A stretch of DNA of 64,000 nt. It comes from Patescibacteria group bacterium (GTDB lineage: Bacteria; Patescibacteriota; Minisyncoccia; Phycocordibacterales; UBA5272). Of this stretch, positions 57,171 to 64,000 are shown one piece after another. Made by a program: the position numbers and the translations under genes. The notes beneath the pieces were generated by a model. It worked only from the letters and a program-made list of their open reading frames with translations. It made no database searches and was not told where the DNA came from. The stretch is taken from assembly GCA_030916895.1 (NCBI GenBank), contig JAUPVR010000001.1:1887-65886 (forward strand), in the 5' to 3' direction. The first letter of the stretch is position 1, and each line of letters opens with the position of its first letter.

Positions 57171-57833
57171 ATGATCAAAGTAGATAATCTTACAAAAACA
57201 TACCCTGGAGAAGTTCCCACTCAAGCGTTAAAAGGTGTTTCGTTTGAGATAAAGAAAGGTGAATTTGTTGCACTCATGGGTAGAAGTGGATCTGGTAAAT
57301 CAACACTCTTACATCAACTAGGACTTCTTGATATTCCAACATCGGGAACCGTCCTTATTGATGGTGTCGATATTCTTGCTCTTTCTGATGCTGAAAGAAC
57401 TTCATTTCGTCTCAATCACCTGGGGTATGTATTTCAAGAGTATGCACTTATTGCTGAATTTACTGCGCTTGAAAATGTTTATTTTCCAGCGATGGTTCTT
57501 GGTGGAGAGCGCAACAAAGAGCGTGCGTCAGAACTTCTGAAACTTGTTGGATTAGAAGAAAGGTTGCATCATTACCCCGGAGAAATGTCGGGGGGGGAAC
57601 AACAACGCGTCGCGATTGCTCGAGCGCTTATTAATAATCCTAAAATACTCTTTGCAGACGAAGCAACAGCAAACCTCGATACTGTTTCGTCAGAGGTGGT
57701 ATATCGACTTTTTCAGAAATTGAATAAAGAACTTAATCAGACCATTATCATGATTACCCATGAGCCAGAAGATAGAAAGTATATGGATCGAGTGATTTGG
57801 TTGAAAGACGGTTTGATAGAAAAAGAAGACTAA
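57171..57833 (+). CDS. ABC transporter ATP-binding protein (MacB/LolD-like)
   Basis: Walker A GRSGSGKST, signature MSGGEQQR, Walker B ILFADE. Confidence 0.9.
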   Translation: MIKVDNLTKTYPGEVPTQALKGVSFEIKKGEFVALMGRSGSGKSTLLHQLGLLDIPTSGTVLIDGVDILALSDAERTSFRLNHLGYVFQEYALIAEFTALENVYFPAMVLGGERNKERASELLKLVGLEERLHHYPGEMSGGEQQRVAIARALINNPKILFADEATANLDTVSSEVVYRLFQKLNKELNQTIIMITHEPEDRKYMDRVIWLKDGLIEKED

Positions 57834-57872
57834 TCGATTATTGTTTATAACTGTCAGTTTTTTAAATCGTGC

Positions 57873-59138
57873 GTGGTACCATGTACGTGTATGCTCATAT
57901 ATCTTATTCTTGAAATGGTTTCGGTTATTATTGGAATAATCGCAATCATTTTCATTGCGTTTCAATTTTACAAATTACCAAATACGCTCTCATTTTTTAA
58001 GAGAAGAAATATTCTTTTCTTTGTCGCTGCTTTGTTTTTTGCATTTTTTCTTGGTATTTTTGCCGACAAGACATATCCGCCAAATTTCGCGATGCCAGCG
58101 TTCATGCATTCGCACGCACCAGGGGGGCTTCCAGCGTCGATTCCATTTGGAAAAATTTTTGAATTTTTTAGGTATCAAAATAGATTTGAGAAGGTTGCCG
58201 ACATTGGTGCAGATCCGACAAATGTGCCCGAGCTAGCGGCCGCAGACGCAGATGGTATTATCCGTTTTTCATTCGTAACCCAGGAAGTTATCGCTGAAAT
58301 TTCTCCGGGAATTTATTTTAATTATTGGACATTTAACAACCAAGTGCCAGGCCCGATGCTTCGTGTAAAAGAAGGTGATATGGTTGAAATGTCTGTCACG
58401 AACCATCCTTCGAGTTTGCATATGCACAATATTGATTTGCACGCAGTTACTGGTCCAGGAGGGGGTGCGGTGCTTACCAATGTAAATCCAGGTGAGACGA
58501 AAACTTTTCGCTTTAAAGCGCTTAACCCAGGACTCTTCATTTATCACTGTGCGATGCCAAATGTTTCTACACACAATTCGCATGGACAGTATGGACTTAT
58601 CTTGGTTGAACCAAAAGAAGGGCTTTCAAAAGTTGACCGCGAGTTTTATGTCGTTCAAGGGGAACTGTATACGGATGGAGAGCTTGGTAAAAAAGGTCTT
58701 GTCCCATTTGATTCCGAAGCACTATTAGACGGTATACCAAACTATGTAACGTTTAATGGACGCGTTGAAACTGCACCAAGAATGAAAGCTAAGGTCGGTG
58801 AGACAGTAAGAATGTATGTTGGTAACGGTGGAGTTAATCTTATTTCTTCATTCCATGTTATTGGTGAAATTTTTGATACAGTGTATCCGAATGGTTCTAT
58901 TGGAGGAGCTCTTGAACATAATACACAAGCTGCTCAAGTACTTCCGGGTGGTTCAAGTATCATAGAGTTCAAGCTTGATGTTCCAGGTAAGTATCTTCTT
59001 GTTGATCACGCACTTGCGCGTATGAACAAAGGTGCGTGGGCAGTACTTGAAGTAACCGGAGAAGATAACCCGGAGATATTTACACCAATAAAAAATGGTT
59101 CGTCTGTGGAAAAGGAGAAGCGCGAAATATATCACTAG
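57873..59138 (+). CDS. nirK: copper-containing nitrite reductase-like two-cupredoxin protein with N-terminal TM anchor
   Basis: HMHNIDLHAVTGPGGG and FIYHCAMP...HNSHGQYG copper-ligand motifs closely resemble NirK; start uncertain (57873, 57891 or 57915). Confidence 0.65.
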   Translation: MVPCTCMLIYLILEMVSVIIGIIAIIFIAFQFYKLPNTLSFFKRRNILFFVAALFFAFFLGIFADKTYPPNFAMPAFMHSHAPGGLPASIPFGKIFEFFRYQNRFEKVADIGADPTNVPELAAADADGIIRFSFVTQEVIAEISPGIYFNYWTFNNQVPGPMLRVKEGDMVEMSVTNHPSSLHMHNIDLHAVTGPGGGAVLTNVNPGETKTFRFKALNPGLFIYHCAMPNVSTHNSHGQYGLILVEPKEGLSKVDREFYVVQGELYTDGELGKKGLVPFDSEALLDGIPNYVTFNGRVETAPRMKAKVGETVRMYVGNGGVNLISSFHVIGEIFDTVYPNGSIGGALEHNTQAAQVLPGGSSIIEFKLDVPGKYLLVDHALARMNKGAWAVLEVTGEDNPEIFTPIKNGSSVEKEKREIYH

Positions 59139-59477
59139 TTGTGTTTTGTTGTAAATAAAATGAACACATTTAGTAAAAGGGTGGTTGCTTGTGCACTTGC
59201 AATTCCGTATGGTCGTGTGAGCACCTACGGGAGAATTGCTCGTGCTTCAGGTGGGGGCGTTATGGCATCCCAAAGTGTGACTTCAATTCTTGCGAAAGCG
59301 TATAACGAAGGAGAGAAAAACATTCCATTTCATCGCATTGTCTATGCTAATGGTACGGTATGGCTAAACGAAAAGTATAAAAAAGAGCGCATGAAGCGCT
59401 ATAAAGAAGAAGGAATTGAGGTGGATAAAAACGGAACAATAAAAAATTTTGAAAAAATTTTATTTGAGTTTAGGTAA
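59139..59477 (+). CDS. alkyltransferase-like (ATL) protein, MGMT DNA-binding domain without the catalytic Cys
   Basis: IPFHRIV in place of PCHRV. Confidence 0.6.
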   Translation: MCFVVNKMNTFSKRVVACALAIPYGRVSTYGRIARASGGGVMASQSVTSILAKAYNEGEKNIPFHRIVYANGTVWLNEKYKKERMKRYKEEGIEVDKNGTIKNFEKILFEFR

Positions 59478-59509
59478 AACAACATATTTGTATATATACT
59501 AAGACTCAT

Positions 59510-59788
59510 ATGGCCCTTATTGCACACCATCATTTTATTGATAAACTTGCCTTTCTAAATGGCTTCATCTCGGGTGTTGCTCTCTATCCGCAGGTATGGA
59601 AGTTGTTTACTTTTGGTTCAACAGAAGGGGTTTCTTTTGTTTCTTTTCTTATTATATTCATAAACAGCATTGTATGGCTCATCTATGCAGTACATCGTGA
59701 ATTAATTTCTTTAGCGGTTGCATCTATTTTAAACATAGTGGCAAGTGGAATTTTAACTGTTGCAATTATGCTTGCGACGAATAACTAA
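59510..59788 (+). CDS. SemiSWEET (PQ-loop) sugar transporter
   Basis: 92 aa, 3 TM, LYPQVWKL PQ motif. Confidence 0.6.
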   Translation: MALIAHHHFIDKLAFLNGFISGVALYPQVWKLFTFGSTEGVSFVSFLIIFINSIVWLIYAVHRELISLAVASILNIVASGILTVAIMLATNN

Positions 59789-59798
59789 CACCATCATT

Positions 59799-60383
59799 AT
59801 GCTTCTTACCAATACTTACTGGGTTTTGCGTCATGCGGAAAGTGATAATAATGTTCTCGGTGTTTCAAATACACACGACTACAACATGTACCGTTTAACA
59901 AAGAAAGGGGTTGAGCAAACAAAATCAGCATACGAATTTTTGAAAGACAAAAAAATTGAACTCATTTTTGTATCACCGTTCTTGCGAACGATTGAAACCG
60001 CATACATTTTGTCTACCCTTGTGGGTGATGGCAAGGTGTATGTAGATGAACGCTTGATTGAACTTAAGGAAAGTCATGATGACGGAACTCCAATTACAGG
60101 CATGACATCACGAAGTGAAAGCATTTTGACAGACGCATGGTGGACAACACGAACAGGCGAGGAAACATTTCGCGACCTATATGCACGCATACGAGCCTTT
60201 CTCATGTATGTAGAAACTACGTATTCGGGGAAAACGGTTCTCGTTGTTACCCACGGTTCTCCGCAGAATATGCTTGAAGCAATCGCACACACGGAAACCG
60301 AAGAAGAGGTGCGACAATTTCTCTACAAACGCTACACAAGCGATAGACCGTTTCGTGGGAATGCTGAACCAATACGAGTTTAG
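59799..60383 (+). CDS. histidine phosphatase (PGM-like) family protein
   Basis: YWVLRHAES catalytic RH motif. Confidence 0.6.
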   Translation: MLLTNTYWVLRHAESDNNVLGVSNTHDYNMYRLTKKGVEQTKSAYEFLKDKKIELIFVSPFLRTIETAYILSTLVGDGKVYVDERLIELKESHDDGTPITGMTSRSESILTDAWWTTRTGEETFRDLYARIRAFLMYVETTYSGKTVLVVTHGSPQNMLEAIAHTETEEEVRQFLYKRYTSDRPFRGNAEPIRV

Positions 60384-60395
60384 TTTGGAAATGAA

Positions 60396-60430
60396 AAAAC
60401 CGCCGTGCCGAAGCATGGGCGGTTTTTAAC
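60396..60430. terminator. bidirectional terminator
   Basis: aaaaccgcc gtgccgaagcatg ggcggtttt. Confidence 0.7.
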
Positions 60431-60449
60431 CTCGCGCGGGCGAGGGTGG

Positions 60450-60878
60450 TTATGCGGTGATTACCCGCATGTGTTTGCGGGCTTCGGCTTTCGCGAGGAC
60501 CGCGCACGCATGTGGGTCGTTCTCGGCGTTCTCGAACGTGTGAAGTGACCACATGTGCACGCCGGGCCCTTCGTGTCTTGCGCGGTAGCACCGGCCAGAT
60601 ATGGTTCGCACAATGAAGTGCTTACCATCCGGGTGCTTGGGGTCGCTTGGGGTCACGAAGCGCACATGGGCAGTCGGAAGATCTCCTTCGCGAAAGTCCT
60701 CGATGGGACGCATCAGGTGGACCCGGAACGCGTCCGCACCGCTTTCGAAGAGGTGCTTTATCATGAGCACATCAACGACAGGCGGAGTGACTGGGTCGAC
60801 TTTGACCTGGTCTTCGATTTTTTCTCCGAACAATTCCATTTTGGTTTTTCTCCCGGGGTTGTTTATGGTTATGGCCAA
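60450..60878 (-). CDS. hypothetical 142-aa protein, GC-rich island, distal gene of a 2-gene operon
   Basis: Overlaps the upstream gene by 10 nt; GC3-biased codons. Confidence 0.5.
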   Translation of the reverse strand: MAITINNPGRKTKMELFGEKIEDQVKVDPVTPPVVDVLMIKHLFESGADAFRVHLMRPIEDFREGDLPTAHVRFVTPSDPKHPDGKHFIVRTISGRCYRARHEGPGVHMWSLHTFENAENDPHACAVLAKAEARKHMRVITA

Positions 60879-61240
60879 GAGGGGATGTCATCCCCGCCAA
60901 GCTCAAGTGTCTTTTTCAGAGCTTCTCGTAGTTCTGGCGATAGTGCTTGTGCCTCTTTCGGTTCTTGCATGAGGGCACAAACCGTCATCTTGCATCGATG
61001 AAAATCTTGATGTATCGATGGCAGATTAAAGTTTTTAGCACTTAGCGCAAGAAATGGAGATGCTTCCAGTGTCTTTTCGGGCAAGGAGGATAAAGCAATC
61101 ATGACAAAAAGTGCAGGATCGCCAAACTCTCTTTCCCGTAAAAACCGAAAACCTTGTTCTTTCGAAACGAAGTGATATCCCCGAGGAGATGCGTGCACGT
61201 ATCCGTGCTTTCCGCAGGGACAAATGTACGAGTCCGACAT
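60869..61240 (-). CDS. hypothetical 123-aa protein with N-terminal C-x-C...H motif, GC-rich island
   Basis: SD gaggt 9 nt upstream; host-like -10 tataat upstream. Confidence 0.5.
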   Translation of the reverse strand: MSDSYICPCGKHGYVHASPRGYHFVSKEQGFRFLREREFGDPALFVMIALSSLPEKTLEASPFLALSAKNFNLPSIHQDFHRCKMTVCALMQEPKEAQALSPELREALKKTLELGGDDIPSWP

Positions 61241-61351
61241 GGTTTAGTACCTCAAGGGGTGGGTGGTACAGCTCTTGTTATTATAACATATTTTTAAAAT
61301 ATTGTCTAGTTTCGCATTGATTTTTTAGGTGGTCGTAGTACACTTTGTATT

Positions 61352-61570
61352 ATGGAAACAGCATTTGACCCAATCTTTTTTATGGCAGAGCAACCGCTTA
61401 TGTTTTTGGCGATTATTGTTTGGTCGCTTGTGTGGAAAGGACTTGCTTTATGGCGCTCAGCGCAGAACAATAGTCGTAACTGGTTTATTGCTCTTCTCCT
61501 TATAAATACACTCGGTATTCTTGAGATTATTTATCTCTATTTTATCGCTCCGAAAAAGAAGGGTGTATAA
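61352..61570 (+). CDS. small 2-TM membrane protein
   Basis: 72 aa. Confidence 0.35.
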   Translation: METAFDPIFFMAEQPLMFLAIIVWSLVWKGLALWRSAQNNSRNWFIALLLINTLGILEIIYLYFIAPKKKGV

Positions 61571-61579
61571 TAAGGGCAT

Positions 61580-62689
61580 ATGAAAAAAAATCTAGTAACT
61601 ATAGGTATTCTTTTTGTTTTGGTTGTTGTGGGGGGATATGCCTACATGAATCTCGGTTCAAAGAAAGTTGCTTCCGGTATGGGTACGTTTGTTTGTGAAG
61701 GTGGAGATGTAATGCAAGCGACGTTTTACAATGGGAAGAATTCAAGTGTTGATTTGATTATTAATGACGCAGAACAGATTACGCTTCTACAAGCAACCTC
61801 TGCCTCCGGTGCGCGTTATGTAAACAATGATGAATCGTTTGTATTTTGGAATAAGGGGGATAGTGCTTTTGTTTCAATTGTAGCAAATGGTACGACCACA
61901 AACGATATGTGCGTCACCAAAGAATCACTTCAAAATTATAAAACCATTTCGTATGGTATTAATGGTAGAAAAGTAATGCTTGGTACCGAAGGCACAACAT
62001 ACTTTGGTAATGAAGTGCGCGGAGATTTTGATAGTGATGGAAAAGAAGATGTTGCGTTTCTCTTCACACACCAACCAGGTGGGAGTGGAACATTTTACTA
62101 TGTGACAGTTGCGCGTAAAACAGAGAATGGGCACGTCGGGACTGAATCAGTATTGCTTGGAGATAGAATTGCTCCGCAGACAACAGAATTTCGTGATGGA
62201 AAAATTATTGTTAATTACGCTGACAGAAAACCAACTGAAAGTTTTGTGGTACAACCATCAATGGGTAAAAGTATTTGGCTTTTACTTGACGCAAAAACTC
62301 ACCAGTTAGGTGAAGTGGTTCAAAATTTTGAAGGAGAAGCTGATCCAAAGCGTATGACACTTGATATGAAGACATGGAATTGGGTGAGGACACAGTACAA
62401 TAATGATACAGAAGTAACCCCAAAGAAAGCAGATGCTTTTACGGCTACGTTTACTAAAGATGGTAAAGTTTCCATGACAACTGACTGTAATCGTATGAGT
62501 GGGGCATACACAGTAACGGGAAATAAAATTACGTTTGGTCCAATGGCGATGACAAAAATGTATTGCGAAGGGTCACAGGAAAATGATTTTGCAAAAATGA
62601 TTGGTGATGTTTCAGGATTCCTTTTCACCTCAAAAGGAGAACTTATTTTAGAAATAAAGTTTGATAGCGGAACGATGACGTTTCGGTAA
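61580..62689 (+). CDS. secreted MliC-like plus META/HslJ-like two-domain protein
   Basis: Signal/TM N-terminus, VCEGG...ATFYNG MliC-like N-domain, C-terminal META-like Cys-containing domain. Confidence 0.5.
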   Translation: MKKNLVTIGILFVLVVVGGYAYMNLGSKKVASGMGTFVCEGGDVMQATFYNGKNSSVDLIINDAEQITLLQATSASGARYVNNDESFVFWNKGDSAFVSIVANGTTTNDMCVTKESLQNYKTISYGINGRKVMLGTEGTTYFGNEVRGDFDSDGKEDVAFLFTHQPGGSGTFYYVTVARKTENGHVGTESVLLGDRIAPQTTEFRDGKIIVNYADRKPTESFVVQPSMGKSIWLLLDAKTHQLGEVVQNFEGEADPKRMTLDMKTWNWVRTQYNNDTEVTPKKADAFTATFTKDGKVSMTTDCNRMSGAYTVTGNKITFGPMAMTKMYCEGSQENDFAKMIGDVSGFLFTSKGELILEIKFDSGTMTFR

Positions 62690-62695
62690 AAGTAA

Positions 62696-62728
62696 ATAGG
62701 CGCACCCCTTAGCGGGGCGCGCCTTTTT
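62696..62728. terminator. bidirectional terminator
   Basis: gcgcacccc ttagc ggggcgcgc plus T6. Confidence 0.7.
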
Positions 62729-62737
62729 TGCAAACAG

Positions 62738-63325
62738 CTATTTTTTTAGAGAGAGTTTCTTTTGCAGGAGTTTGCATCCTTCATCGCTTAACCCGGCAAC
62801 ACACATCGTGAAAATAGCCGATTCAAGCAAGAACATGTCCCGTGCATCTTTTTCGCTCACGCTATCCTTGATTTGAACGGTTCCCGATTGGTGCCCCATC
62901 GCAACAGCCGCGATTGCACTTGCAACCGTTGGAAGGTTGAGCGTTACGATACTTGGTCTATGCGAATTTCCTTTCTCAGGAACAACCTTTAGGAAGCAAA
63001 TGTCCTTGTCTTTCGGATGCATTTCTTTCAGGGTCTCGACGATACGACGCGAAAAGAGAAGTACCGCATCGTCAAGACCACGGAACTTGTATGCGTAGAC
63101 GTAGTGTGGTTGTCCCACACGGTGTCCACGCACGAGGTAGAGATTGCCCGGCTCGACGCCGTCTTGTTGCATGATGCGCTTCACTTGTTCGACCATTTCG
63201 TCGAATGGAACTTCACCAGTTTTTTCTTTATTTGACGCTTTCCAGGGGATTGCGTAGGTTGATTTGTGGCCGTGGAAAATGTGGGCGTGTCCGGTGATGG
63301 AAACAACCTTTGATTTCTGGGGCAT
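62738..63325 (-). CDS. hypothetical protein (GHAHIFHGH His-cluster)
   Basis: Start taken at MPQKSKVV with SD ggag; no family assigned. Confidence 0.45.
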   Translation of the reverse strand: MPQKSKVVSITGHAHIFHGHKSTYAIPWKASNKEKTGEVPFDEMVEQVKRIMQQDGVEPGNLYLVRGHRVGQPHYVYAYKFRGLDDAVLLFSRRIVETLKEMHPKDKDICFLKVVPEKGNSHRPSIVTLNLPTVASAIAAVAMGHQSGTVQIKDSVSEKDARDMFLLESAIFTMCVAGLSDEGCKLLQKKLSLKK

Positions 63326-63430
63326 GTGTTTTCTCCGTAGGTATGCGGTTTTTTTGGAACTGGTTACCATGTACCCTAGCATGCAAGAGAAACATGTCAA
63401 ACGAAACACTTTTTCGCTATACTCTCACGT

Positions 63431-63982
63431 ATGAAACCAAAAGCCATTATTTTTGATTTTTTCGGTGTTATCTGCACAAATGTTGCTGGAAATTGGTTTA
63501 AGAAACACCTTCCACGTGGGGATGCTTTATTTATTCACGACACGATGCGTCACGCTGATTTAGGAAAAGAAAGCGAGCAAGAAATATTTTCTAAGCTTGC
63601 TACTGTTGCTTCCGTTAATCACGATGTACGTGAGCATTGGCTTTCGGATGCGACAATTAATCAAGAACTCATCGCCGTTATTCGAGAGTTAAAGAAGTCG
63701 TATAAGCTTGCTGTATGTACGAATGCGCCAGCAGATTTTTTTCGCACGGTACTTAAGGGGAATGATATTGAAAAACTTTTTGATGTTATTGTTGTTTCAA
63801 GTGAGGTTGGATTGGTAAAACCAGAAAAGGAAATTTTTGAGCTCGTGTGTAAGAAACTTGAAGTTTCGTTTGATGAGGCTGTGTTTGTGGATGATTCTGA
63901 AATGAATGTAAAAAAGGCAAAAGATCTCGGTATGCAAGGAATCTTTTTTAGTTCGCACGAACAATTATTCCCATATCTGTAA
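63431..63982 (+). CDS. HAD-IA family hydrolase
   Basis: IIFDFFGV motif I, DDS motif IV. Confidence 0.7.
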   Translation: MKPKAIIFDFFGVICTNVAGNWFKKHLPRGDALFIHDTMRHADLGKESEQEIFSKLATVASVNHDVREHWLSDATINQELIAVIRELKKSYKLAVCTNAPADFFRTVLKGNDIEKLFDVIVVSSEVGLVKPEKEIFELVCKKLEVSFDEAVFVDDSEMNVKKAKDLGMQGIFFSSHEQLFPYL

Positions 63983-64000
63983 TCCAAAAAACACTTTTCC

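Noticed and set aside
1-64000. CRISPR arrays, insertion sequences, transposases, integrases, prophage genes
   Set aside because: No regularly spaced direct repeats, no transposase or integrase-like ORFs and no phage structural genes were seen. The only mobile-element signals are the RT and the tRNA-flanking repeat scars.

Overview
Gene-dense, low-GC (about 38-40% by eye) bacterial chromosomal segment, mostly plus-strand genes, with small proteins and many intrinsic terminator hairpins. The gene set suggests a small-genome bacterium of the Patescibacteria/CPR kind (split transketolase, short SMC-like and RF2 proteins, many tiny membrane proteins); this is inference only. Housekeeping content: 4 tRNAs (Asp-GTC, Thr-GGT, Thr-CGT, Gln-CTG), a pentose-phosphate/glycolysis cluster (gap, rpiB, rpe-like, split tkt, PfkB kinase, class II fba), leuS, mltG, mnmA-trhO, a Zur-type zinc module, bcp, DsbA, uppP, an SMC-like ATPase, RNase R, rpsP-KH-trmD, coaE, prfB, ftsEX, a Pif1-like helicase, an L,D-transpeptidase, a CsoR-CopA copper island, a MarR plus MacAB-like efflux module, a NirK-like copper nitrite reductase, ATL/MGMT-like proteins and a SemiSWEET. 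Most notable find: a stand-alone, retron-like reverse transcriptase (27112..28242, minus) lying in a GC-rich island. Immediately upstream on the same strand is a ~335-nt GC-rich structured non-coding region bracketed by a 10-nt inverted repeat, and a convergent zinc-ribbon mini-gene shares its terminator. No effector gene is recognisable, so the architecture recalls ncRNA-templated defence RTs (retron or DRT2-like). Six further short islands of about 60% GC, each carrying 1-2 genes with GC3-biased codons next to host terminators, look like recent acquisitions. Two tRNA genes (Thr-GGT, Gln-CTG) are flanked by duplicated tRNA-end fragments, a ~30-bp palindrome and a twice-repeated hairpin showing compensatory base changes. 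This suggests integration scars or an unrecognised small structured element.
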